Shown here piece by piece: positions 26,908-38,818 of a DNA stretch of 64,000 nt. The translations under genes were made by a program, and so were the position numbers. The notes beneath the pieces are model-generated. The model was not told the origin of the DNA. It ran no database searches and saw only the letters and a program-made list of their open reading frames with translations. Position 1 is the first letter of the stretch. The number at the start of each line of letters is the position of its first letter. Source of the stretch: Oopsacas minuta (taxonomy: Eukaryota > Animalia > Porifera). Where the stretch lies: positions 1-64,000 of the forward strand of contig JAKMXF010000044.1 of assembly GCA_024704765.1 (NCBI GenBank), read 5' to 3'.

Positions 26908-29213
26908 CAGGGGTCTTCAACCTTTTTCTTCTAAGAGCCAAATATTAGTTTCGTATTAGATTGGCGAGCCGCATTAAAAGTTAAGGATCATGTATTCTAT
27001 ATTTTGATATAATACTGTATTATTATGTGTAATTTATCAGAGTAAAATATTAATGTGAAGGTTGGTACTGTTTTTGTTGTTTTATTAAGATGCCATCTAT
27101 ATTAGGTTTCATATCAGTCGATGAAATACGAAGAACGTCTTGGAGTGGTCATCAGTCAAATTAGTTCTATATTTGTTTTTGATATATTTCATTTTAGCGA
27201 AAAATGCCTCGCAAATGTAAGTGCTTCCAAATAAACTAGCTATCCTTCTTGCGTGTTTTGAAATAGCAGGATAGATATCTCAAGGAAGAGTTTTATAGAA
27301 ACTAATTACTCTAACATCCTTGAAGTCTACCTTGAGATCTGCTAGACTGCAGGTCTACGAGTTCAAGTTGAAGCTCCTGTGGAGCATATTGCGGACCAAA
27401 ACTGAAAGGCCGTGCAAAAATCTCGAAGCTTTGTTGTTGATTTCTAAAATCTCCAAATCGAGTATCAAAGTTTTCTTGGAGATTTGAAATAATTTCAGCA
27501 TATTTGTTTCCATCAGCACTATCTTGCGACTTTAGTGCTGGAAAGTAAGAAAAATTGTTATTTTTAAGCTGTAACTTAAATAGAGCGAGTTTCATCTCAA
27601 AACTTCGATTTGTGTGTTATAAAATTCATGAATCAACTTGTTCTTTCCCCGAAGTGTGGAGTTTAGAATATTTAAGTGTGTAGTCATATCTACAAGGAAG
27701 GCAAAGTCGCTAATCCAATTTGTATCTTCGAAATCAAGAACTTTCTTTTCCTTTGAGGCTAAGAAACTTGATATTTCATCTCTTAATTCCCAAACTCTTT
27801 TAAGAACTACTCCTCTACTCAGCCACCTAACACTTGTAAAGTATAGTACATCTCCTGATCTGAATCGAGATCTTTCAAAAATTCTTTAAATTCTCTTTGA
27901 TTCACACCTTTAAATCTCATAAAATGTACAACGTCTACTATCAACTTCATAACATTTTCCAGTCCAAGTGTTTTCGCACATAGGGGCCACTTGATGAATA
28001 ATACAGTGACACCATGATATTTCTGTCACATTATTTTCTGTCAACCATCGTAGAACTTGACCTTTAAACCTTGTACCTGTACCGAGCATTGATGGAGCTC
28101 CATCTGTTGAAATGCCAGAAAACTTTAAGGCAGGAAAGTTGTTTTCCGACACAGTCTTAAGAAACTCTTCGAAAATATCAATCTCACGAGTTCTTCCATG
28201 CATAGAACGCAGTGCAGTAATTCTTCGGTAATGTTGAAGTTTTCATCAACGCCTCTTATCCAGATTGCCAATTGCTCAACATCACAAATATTCTTACTTC
28301 TATCAAGTGCCAAGCTACAGAAACTAAAACAACTTGTCTTTTCCAATAGTTGTGTATGAATATTTTTTGAAATCGATTCCACTCGATGCATTACTGTCAT
28401 AGCGCTCAAGGAGGCTTGCTGTATTAGTTGTTTTTGTCTGGACAACATTGATCAGCGAATTCATTTAGGCATTCCTTTATAAATTCACCATCCGTAAATG
28501 AATTCATACGTTTCGCGATTATATTACTAATAGCAAAGCTAACTGCTGTGATAAACTTAACCGAATTATCATTTTTTGAAAAGTTTGATTGTTCACTCTT
28601 CAAGTTTCTTTCAAGATTGTCTAGTTTAGTCCTTCGTGATTCCCCAAGAATTCTCAGAGAATTTGATTGGTGTTTGGCATTGTAATTCTTTTCCAAGTTT
28701 CCTTTTTTTTAGCGGAAGCTATTGTTTACGGCATATTAGACAAATGAACTTGCCACTGTCTTCCACGAAAAAATACTTTATTTTCCATTCTATCTTGAAT
28801 GACCGATTTTCTTCTTGTATCTTCCGCTTTTTCGACGTAGAAGTAGCCATAGTGGATACGTAAATAATTTATGAATAATAAAAAATGTGTATTTGGAGAG
28901 TATTTGAAATCTGAAAACGAAATTGTATATTGTCAAATACTTCTGATTTATACTTTTGTTTGTATTTGAATATTGACTGAAGGCTAAATTAATTACTGAA
29001 GACAACAAAGGTCTCCTATACACTTTAAATACCATCAAGGTTTCCAGAATTGAGAAACAAAAAAGTGCTAATACTTGAGTATATTCACAATATCTGTTGA
29101 ATCATATACAACAAATTTCGAAATTAACAAAGTGAAGACAAAATAAACAAAAGCAAGAATTATCCTGCGAGTCGTACGCTTTATGATCGCGAGCCACAGG
29201 TTGAAGACCCCTG
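26908..29213 (-). mobile_element. hAT (Charlie/Buster, GTF2IRD2-like) transposon, frameshifted
   Basis: Perfect 16-bp TIRs CAGGGGTCTTCAACCT and a degenerate 8-bp TSD GTCTAAGC/GTATAAAT. Motifs N-terminal BED-like C..C..HY, CSLALDRS (DES), ISTDGAPSM, HCIIHQ, WLSRG and FDTRF. Confidence 0.9.
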
Positions 29214-29261
29214 GTATAAATTCATTATTTAATGATCTAGAAGAAGTATTGATATAGTGAA

Positions 29262-32136
29262 CACAGTGGCACGAAATGGCTTAAACCTGGAAGTAGATAT
29301 TAGGGTACTAGATAACGGATTAAACTATATTATTGACCTATGGGGAATCGTACCCAAGGAATCGATTGACGTAACTGGATTTTTTTCCAAGTCTTTGGGT
29401 GTGAAAGTAATGACGTCATTATCACATTCAAGAATATTTTGATTTTTTTATCGATTTTAATTAAGCCAATTTGTAAGTTATAGGTTCAAAAATTGAATGT
29501 TTTATGTTTTATGTTTGATATTATTAACACTATTTAATGTATATTTTTATAAACTTATGAAGCCACGTTTCTTGTTAAAATGACCTACCGTTCATTGAAC
29601 TACAAACTATAACGTATTTATAATTAGAGAATTCACCAAAATATCTTAACAGCTCTTTAACTCAGATAGATCTGGCTCCGAATTGTTTTTGGTAATATTA
29701 CGAAAGGATGCTAAAATTGGATTACTTTTAGAGATAAGCCTGACGAACACATCTTTAACTTTGTTCTCAAAGCTAAATTTTCTTGAGGTCTCTCACGGTA
29801 TCGCCTGACCAATTTATTACAGGATTCAGGGCCTTCTTCAGACAACCCTTCTAAGCCAAACCCATCGTTATGCTCTGCAATTATTTGTGGTGCATAGGCT
29901 AGAAGTTTATGTAAAGTGGGGTTACATCTGCCCATGAAAAATTGATTAAAATGGATTCGTAAGTCTCTCGGCATACATTATCAAGGCCTTCAGTATCCAC
30001 TTCCTCTTGCCATTATACAATCTCAGGATAGCACTCAAATTATTAAAGATTGTAGTGACAACTTGATGTGTCTCTTGAAGAACAACCGTCAATAGCCAAT
30101 AGAGAAATCTTGCACAGTATCATCGCTACGTGTGAAGCATCTCCGAACAACATTTCCTGTTGTGGTGGTTCTTCCTTAGACTGATGGTGTGTCAATGGAT
30201 ATACTAAGTTTTCTTCAATAAAGCTAGTAATAAATTTCTTGGCCCCAAGAATTATTCGTGAAGTTGGTGACCATTTTTGAATATCACCACACTGTAAATG
30301 GTAAATCAATAATAGGAACCAACTAAATGTTCTCAAATATGTATGTAGAGGGGAAGTTGATATGATATCTTTTTCTGAGATCGGTTTGTGTGTTAGATTG
30401 TATCTTTGATTTGTTGGTAAAGATAAAAATTCTTCCTCATCAACCTCATCAAATACATCATGTGCATCACGGATAGTCCTATTTATGGGAAAGCCGTTTT
30501 GAACTGTGCTAATATCGTGTATCTGTTGGAGCGTTGCTGTATACATTTGACAATTAGCATCACCAGCACCGCTTAAGATTTTTGCCATCTTTGTATCGAA
30601 ATGAGATCTTATGATCTTGCCCTCTGCATTGCCATTGTGTAAACACAAACCACTCTCTTCAATAGTTGAAGTTTGTTATTTATTAATGAGTCCATCAAAA
30701 ACTTGACACTCTCTTCATTTTCTGGAAGGGCTAAGAGGGCAACTGGTCGAGTCTGGTGTAAGAAATACCTACTCCACATGGAAATTCTCTATGAATTATA
30801 CGCACCTCATCCAGAAAATTAATTTGAGCGCGATGTTTAACTACGCTATCGTAGCCTGGTAACTTGAGATCTTCAGATAGTAACGTACGCCGAAGTTCTA
30901 AATACTTTGTTTTATCGATCTCAAGCGAATCTAAAAGAAAGGCAGATATATTAAGTGATAATTGTGGATAGATAGGAGATGAGTTTCCCTTCTAGAGTAT
31001 CTCTTTACAAATATTGGCACTATTTATGTCCTACTCCTCATTGCAACAAATTAGTAGGAGATAAGTTACAAGAGTCTTTGGAAATACACGCTCGTTTTCA
31101 GCGACTGATTCGAGGTGAGGCTTAAGAGAAGAGAGCCGATTTCTCAAACATTTGGTCGTTAAGTCAGAGAGCGGTTTCTTATTTGAAAGATTAAAGTCTT
31201 CTTCAAAGTTAATGGTTAATGAAGAAGAGGCACTTAAACTAGGCTTCTTGGTAGAGGACAGAAGCACATGGAATTCCAAGTATCATTGTGAATACAGGGC
31301 AAAAAGTAAGATTGTATATATATATATGTTTGTTTTATAAGCTTATAAAATACATCCTGAAATCTAGAAATAAGGAACTTTTGACGAAACTTTTTCTCAC
31401 AGTAGAAGAGTGTTGATTTTTTACTGGAATCTTTGTAGAAATACGTGATGAGAACATTTATTTATATTAATTACAAGCTGAATTTTGTAAACACAAGCAT
31501 AAAATTGTAAATAACTGTACGCTTTGATTATATCGCTAAGCAACCATAATATTTATATAAAATTTTGAAAAGAGAAGTTTAAAAAATATTAGATAAATTC
31601 AAAAGTTCATGTGGTTGAAACTATATTTGTGCGAATTTTTCAGGAACCTGGAAATTGTTGTATTTTATAGAGAATTAAAAATGCTATATCATGAAACTCA
31701 GGAGACAACTTGACAGAACGCGACAGATGCAGTTATGATACTTCGAAGTTGAGTGACGACAGAAATATCTGACAGAAAAATTTATCAAAATATTTGAGCT
31801 ATTTAAGGATTTATTATTTGAACTCCGCTTATATAATCATTATAATAAGAGAGTAGTCGAAAATGCAATGGAATGAAGTCTTTGGAATGTATTAGTTGCT
31901 TAGATACTGGAATTTAAGTTCATTGATATAAATGAATATATGTGGTTTTCAAGAATAATTTCTGAGCAAGAAATTGTAATGCTTATATACATTCCAGTTG
32001 ATCCTAAACTAAATGATGGATCATAAAAATTTTAGACCTTTCAAGTAATTGGATATTTCTCTTTCCAATGAACTTTATATGGTTACTAAATATCGGATTG
32101 AGATTTTGACCAATTTCCAGGGTGTGTGCCACTCTG
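29262..32136 (-). mobile_element. Transib/RAG1-like transposon with RSS-heptamer terminus and 5-bp TSD
   Basis: The left end is CACAGTGGCAC (29262). The right end reverse complement is CAGAGTGGCAC (1 mismatch). Identical 5-bp flanks GTGAA at 29257-29261 and 32137-32141. The element encodes a RAG1-core-like transposase remnant. Confidence 0.88.
29660..31279 (-). pseudogene. RAG1-core-like (Transib superfamily) transposase, decayed and internally deleted
   Basis: Collinear motifs: NBD-like KKPLSDLTTKCLRNRLSSLK; LSLNISAFLLDSLEIDKTKYLELRRTL..LPGYDSV; TRPVALLALPENEES; SHFDTKM (D708-like, codon 30595-30597); CQMY (CxxC); SPLHTYLR; TTTGNVVRRCF; PTLHKLLAY (HxxxxH); LSEEGPESCNKLVRRYR (E962-like, codon 29825-29827). 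Confidence 0.8.
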
Positions 32137-35093
32137 GTGAATTCTCACATTCGTCGAGGCGCAATCTGATAGTTTTGAAATTTAATCTACGTTGGTAGAA
32201 TACACTAAAGCGCTAGAGCTTGAAATGTTACACAGATTTGGTGAAGATACAGAGCTTCTTGCGTCAATGGTTGCATTCTACCATCTCTCTTGGTCAACCA
32301 AGATTCCAAAAATTGCGTCCTTTTTTGGTTTTGACGAAACCAGTCTTAGGAATGAATATATTTCTTTGGAAAAGCATTGTGAGTTGTCGACTGCTATGGG
32401 CACTGTTGACGATTATCAGAGCGGCAGGATCAGATTTTGGATTGAATTCGTTAGTGATTCATACACTCGGCAATGTACCCAGAACATGTGCGAATCGCTA
32501 CTTTGATGCTTACTATGCCAATAGGGTCATCCTCAGTAGAAAGATGCTTTAGCTACAGAGCTAGATTGGGGGAGATCACAAAAGAAAATCGTTGACCATT
32601 GAACATTTGCAATAACTCATGGGAATTAGCCAGCAGGGCCCTGGGCTACCAGCATTCAGTAACATTACCTGGCCTTTTGCTTTATGTGAAACTGGGAGTT
32701 GGAGTAAGCAAAAATTTCTTTTTAATCTATTTATTGACCAAGTTTATCGCAAATGGTTAGATAGTCCAAGACGTATATTCTGAATTTTGTCTCTAGCAAC
32801 TCTCAGCAAACTCTACAATGTTCTATATTCAGTATATTGACCAGTATAATAAATTCTTAGTGAGAATTTGTTTTTATACTAGCTGGCACCTAAAACGTGC
32901 CAACTTGGCACCTAATGCCGATTATACAGCCGGCACCTTGCCTCCTGATTAGTTTGCGAACTGTCACCTAAAGGTGCCTGCAGAGCACCTAAATGACTCC
33001 TGGTATAAACAATTCCGGATCTAACTGGGTTATCTAAATAATTACTAATCAATTTTGTCAAAATGCATCAATTGTAAAACATTCTATAGAATTCATGATT
33101 CCTGTGAATATGGAATATTTGACCATGGCACTGGTTCAGAAATTAGAGGGATATATTATCAGACCGAGTGATAACTGGGTGACTAGTATATCTCATAATC
33201 TGTCGTTTTTGCTCGAATATTGCATATTTGTAGAACATCAAATATCAAACATAATATAATAAATTCTTTCAAGAATGTGCTAAGATACGTGTTTAGTGTG
33301 CATTTAATGGATACAATTTGTCATTCTCTGATTCCTCATATGACGTTAAATGTTGCATCTTTCATTTCAAAGTCTTAATGATGAAATGGTCTATAAATAT
33401 TATTACATATAAGAAATTTAACTATTAAAAATAAAAAAATTAGCTCGTTTTTGGGTTACTTCAGAGACCAGAGATATCTAATATTATTTGTGAATATTCA
33501 ATTTTAGCATTATCATTGTCGTTAAAATTATTATCAGAACAAGATAGCCAACTTTAGTAATTCCCGACTTTCCATACCCTGAAAATACATTTTTATTTGC
33601 TTTTTCTTAACAATGTGAATCTTGAATCTGCCCATATGTTGTATTTTAGTGACTGCGCAATGATCTATTGAGATATCATATCAATATGTATTATCAGGGT
33701 GTAGGAAGTTTGTTATTTACTACAAATTGGCTATTCTTTTTTTGGTAATAATTTTCACGATTATCCAGGAATAATTTGATATTCATATAATACTTCATCC
33801 CTGCTCTCTCTGTAACCCAAGAATAAGCCAACTTTTGTATACAAATTTATATTTCATATCAAACAATTTATAGATCGTTTCGTATATTGGCTTTGAAATG
33901 AAAGATGAAATACTGAATGATATATAAGACACTAAATACCTTCAGTTTACCAAATAGATGCTTACTAAACACTCATTTCACATATCACTCGTCTATTTAC
34001 CTGAACCTGTACCAGCCGTTATATTACTTAGGTAACGCTATTGCCTCTACAGCAGAAATTTACACGTTTTGTTCTAAGGATGTGTTCATACAAAAACGCA
34101 TAAAGTTTATTATAACAAATTTGCTGCATCTAGAGTAAGTGTATTGACCCTCGATAACATATTTTTGCCAATGATTACCTATAACTTGGTAAACTTTATA
34201 GATATTGCCAAATCCTCTTGCAAACATGTTCTATATTCCCAACTTTCTATACCCTGATAATACATTTTGACGCAATCTTGAATATAACCAAATATGACAT
34301 AATTGATGATTGCGTCATAATTGTTTGATATTTGACATAAAATGTATAATAAGGGTATCGGAAGTAGGGTATATAAATCTTGTTTCCAAAACGATTTTGG
34401 CATATCTATAAAGGTTGTCAAGTTATAGGTAAAGATTGACTAAATATAGCATCCATGATCACTACAATAACTTTAGAACACGCCGAATTTATCATTACGA
34501 ATATCTCATATTTCTGTGCGAATACACTCTTATTACAAAATTTATTAATTTTTGTAGTTGTAGAGGCAATAGTTTTTTCTTTACAGTGCTTTCAAATTGG
34601 GACATTTTGTTGACATAATTGCTTGGAAAGTCATTTCGATCCGAAAATTTATTTGTAGGTATAGATTTTTGTTTAATGTAATTTTCAATACTAGACTTAT
34701 TCGTTAGAAAATACACATTATGAATTCAAATAGACATCCCTATCTAAATATATTTATTAGTATTCTATCCCCATTTCAAATATTAGTTAGCGCGCCATTA
34801 CCTTATGCATAGAATGCTATGATCTATTCTAAAATAGATTTTTACCAGTATCAACCTATTCATCAGTTCATGATTCCATAGTTGTCCTGTCACACTTTTC
34901 CAAAGTTTAGACTCACGGTTTTGAACACACTTTCACTTTGATTGTTCCTTTCCCACTTAAATTTTTCTGAGGATTTGTGGGTGTTAGAGTAAATCATAAC
35001 GAAATACCTATTATTACGTTATCTTATGAATTGTACCCTAATCTCTTGCATTATATCAAAATGAGTTAAGAAACAATGTGCTTATTCACAAAC

Positions 35094-37009
35094 GGGGGCG
35101 CGGCAATTGATCGACTTTAGAATTGATTTATCCTAACCCTGACTAATATTATTGAGAATATAATGATTTAATTAATGAATTGAGAAAAGTTATTGAATGA
35201 AAAATGGAAAACAACAGTAAATACATTGGAGAGAAAAAATTGAGTAAAAATTTTGAATCTTTGCTCTATATTGCACCTGCATATTGGACATTTTTCCAAG
35301 GATGCACTGCATTCCCTACAACATTTTGCATGCCTACAAGGAAGAAATAAGACTGTTGTTACTCTCTGAAGTAAGCACACACAACAATTAACCTGAATAT
35401 CATCTTCAGGCTCTTCATCCGACAATGACTCATCTGGGCAATCCCCAAGCAGGTTTATTGGGTTTGTATCCAGGTGGATAGAGCTAGCTATTGCATCCAC
35501 ATATTGAGTTGGACTATATTCTCCCGACACAAGCTTTTCTTTGCATTGAGCACGAAACGAATCATTTTGGATGTCCTTCAACTTACGACTCCTAGTAATG
35601 TTAATACCTTTTGCTAGGCGCTGAATATCTAAATCTGTATCCTGTATCGTCTTATTGAGGATTTCAATAAAAAACCATACACGCGGGTGAGAGACCACGA
35701 TGTCCTTTTTTAGTCTACAGTGGTAGTTCTCTGCTCCATTATTTGTGACATGTTGGCAGTTAAAAATAGATAATTCGTTCCTAGGAATAGAAATAATCCA
35801 TTGAAGTCCTAAATACTTCTTAAAAATTGTATATTGATTCATATTAACTTCATTAAGAGGCAAATCTCTCACTTCCAGTTGATTGAATACAGATATAATC
35901 TGATCTTCAGGAAGAAAAGGAAGAGTCATAAATGATCTAACTAGTTTTTTAAAATCTGCATTATTGTGATAAACAGTTGACAGACCTAACTTTTGTATTT
36001 TCCGCCAAATACATTGAGTATAGTGAAAATGACATCCTCGTAGATGAATACCTTGGAACTCTCTCTTTACAGATTTCTAACCCCCTTCTCCCAATCAGAC
36101 ATTCCATGGATAGGTTTTAGTTGCGGAACATGTTCGTGTATTCTAGCTAGAACAGTTGTATAGATTTCCTCATGCTTGGATGTAAGGAGACAATGGATAA
36201 CCGGCAGTACATTGCGTCCAATGCGGGCGAAAATAGTCCACAATTGATAGAACTGGGATGGTACCGTATAAAATGTACCATCAAAATAAATGTGATCCAC
36301 TTCAGAGAGAGAAATCTTTATCTTACCTGAGAAAAATATCACACCAGTTTCACAACCTACTTGTACTTCACCTTTGTAGTATATATCAAAATCAGATGAT
36401 ACAATGAGTTGACAAAATTCAGTAGCATCTTTAGGAATAGGTGGTTCAATTTCTCTTCTTGCTCGATACATTGCACTCTCTAAAGTTTTGTATGACACAT
36501 CAATTGCAGAAGGATCATCACGAACAACATCTTTGAACACTTTAGATAACCTTTCACGTGAAGATCTCGCCGCAGAAACACATTAGATTTTAGAACTAAA
36601 ACTTCAGTATTATAATCAGAAACTAGATGGTTATGGTCTTTTAAAGGATCAATAGTATTGGATTCAGAATTTAACTTTGCGGATCCTTTACACTTTACTT
36701 TCTGATGTAAAACACATCGGAGATAGATTACCCCAGGTCTGGCTTTGTGTTGAGTGTATTTAAAACCATCTGGAGTGTTCCCCTTTTATGTTTATAATTT
36801 CCGCAAACGTAGTCCATGTTAAGAATGATAATAAAGTTAGAGATAGGTACGTATTCGAATAAGCAATTGGTGAAATGTACACTTATTTATACAATGAAAT
36901 GTTTCTGAGTATACATTTTACAGTTTCATTTGTTTGGTTTACAATTCATCGACAATTGTATTTTCGATCAATTGCAAACCTTAGAAAGTCGATGAATTGC
37001 AGGCGCTTC
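35094..37009 (-). mobile_element. MULE (Mutator-like) transposon, FLYWCH-like + MULE DDE + C-terminal RING finger
   Basis: TSD TCACAAAC on both sides (35086-35093, 37010-37017) and imperfect TIRs sharing GCGC..GCAATT(G/C)ATCGACTTT. Motifs YLRC..C.G.A...HNH, IYFDGTFY, MSDWE, CHFHYTQCIWRK, TNNGAENYH and C3HC4 CCVC..PCRH.CCREC..CPIC. Confidence 0.88.
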
Positions 37010-38818
37010 TCACAAACTATCAATTCCAATCAATATCTAGGCACATTGGCTGAAAGAGAGTGATTTATTGCTTATTATTTGGTTCTAGATAATCCATTTT
37101 TACACTTTCAAAACTAATATATTTTGTCACTTTCATCTACTATCAGTTAATAGAAACTAAAAGAAGTTATTACAATAAAATATCTACCCAATCTATGCAG
37201 TATAGCTTTACTTTATCCCTCAAATCCTCGCTATTATTTGATGCTACCAATAGATTTGATAATGTGTTATTTAGGATATTTTGGGGACACAGACATATGC
37301 ATGTAATATTATCGCTTTGTCTGTACTTGTGCGTGTCTAAATATTTATTTTTGATTGTATTATCATAATCTACAGTTTCAAACCATTTATAGTTCACTCG
37401 ATGAAACGCCAGAAGTTTTAACATCAAATATCCTTCGGACTGCGAGAAAATCGTATTTTACTATGTCTTCAAGTTTATTTGGTTGTGTTAGAAAAAACTA
37501 ATATGTTTAAGTTTAAATATAAATTCTAGATTTAATATATGTTCCACTAAGCTCTAATAGAAATTCCTCCTCCTAAGTTACAATTGCTTAATTTACAATA
37601 TTGAAACTTGATTTATCTTGATTACCTGCAGTATGCATTTTTCGATTAATAGGAACATACTGACATTCGTTACCTTATCAACCAATACACTTCTCATTCA
37701 GAATGAAATTACATCTTTCTTAGTTTGAAGATATCCTGAATTCTATTTTATCCTCGATTTAATTTTTTAAGAGTATAAACTCAGCCTATTTCCACCTAAA
37801 TGCCCACACCTCGTTCTTTAACCATTTGCGAATCCCTGACTAACTATTTCTCTAAATTTTCAGTAATACAGTTCTTTAACTCCGAAATTTAATTATGTAT
37901 GTGAATACCCCTAATTAGTACTTTTAGTCGGATTGAAATGGTTACATTATATGTTATACCCACGAAACGAGCATAAGTTTCTTGGTGGTGTCAACTAGCT
38001 GTTTGAATTGGCACTCAGAACTTTCTGTTCTATGCCCTAAATATGAAACTGAAAATTATGTACTTTTTAATGGCACTTCTCAAATTGTGTAGAATTGTTG
38101 GACTTTCTACGTAGAATCTACTGCCCTAGTTACACAAACCTCAGGAATCAAAAGTTGTATACTTAATTCTCTTGGTGAGAGTTATTTCTCATTAGTGAAT
38201 TAAGAATTCGGGCCCTGGCCAATTCCCCCGCCTGCCTTTCCTTGACGCTGCTACCTTAAGTACACTTATAATATTTCTATCAAACCGGAAGGAGTTAATT
38301 TAAATATATTTGAAATTACTACACTATTTATTTAAATCTTGCAATTTGTTTTCGACACAAAATTATATATCCCCTTCATCTCACTTCTCGTTATCTGCCT
38401 TGGCTAACTTTTATTTTGTTGTTCAGTAACCGAAATGCTACAAGAATACATTCTATTCTCTACTTTTGCAATTGTTTTGGACTAATGTCTATACATCATA
38501 TATTGACCTGAGTAAGTAGAAATTACTGATTCTGTGAGAGTATAAGAATTTAGTGGCTCTTCCAGGGAGCATTGCCCCCGGAATCTTAACCTGAGATATT
38601 AAACTCTCCCATGAAAATTTTCCTCCAACTTACCCTACAGTCAGAGTGTGGAGACTTCAACCATTATTTGTTTGTGTATGACAGTGTGTCTGCGTACATA
38701 TTTATTAATCTATATATTTACTTTGCCTTGAATTGATTGAAGAAAACACAATTATCCCCCTGGCCCCTTGACTTTCCGACTTGGCGCCGCCACTCAAGTA
38801 ATTATTCAATTTTTCTAG

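Larger units (their letters stand above)
25500..33002 (+). mobile_element. ZNF862-like hAT transposon remnant split by two later insertions (segments ~25500-26907, 29214-29261, 32142-33002)
   Basis: YPWL..FCKYC TTF-type zinc finger, IMADET (D), HCKAHRHEL (CxxH), SSVERCFS and LTIEHLQ*LMGISQQGP C-terminus. GGCACC subterminal repeats and right end ...GACTCCTG at 33002. The left end was not found. Confidence 0.75.

Noticed and set aside
31284-31290. CATTGTG (reverse complement CACAATG) as the element's other terminus
   Set aside because: Its flank AATAC does not match the GTGAA TSD. The end at 32136 gives an exact TSD and an 11-bp TIR match.
29270-32130. A RAG2-like gene inside the RAG1-like transposon (ProtoRAG layout)
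   Set aside because: Only ~400 bp separate the transposase end from the TIR. Frames read at 31350-31900 show no kelch repeats or PHD on either strand.
5583-32136. Chapaev N-terminal domain plus Transib core as a RAG1 assembly intermediate
   Set aside because: The Chapaev3 and RAG1-like elements are separate insertions more than 20 kb apart, each with its own TIRs and TSDs. Co-occurrence is explained by overall TE density.
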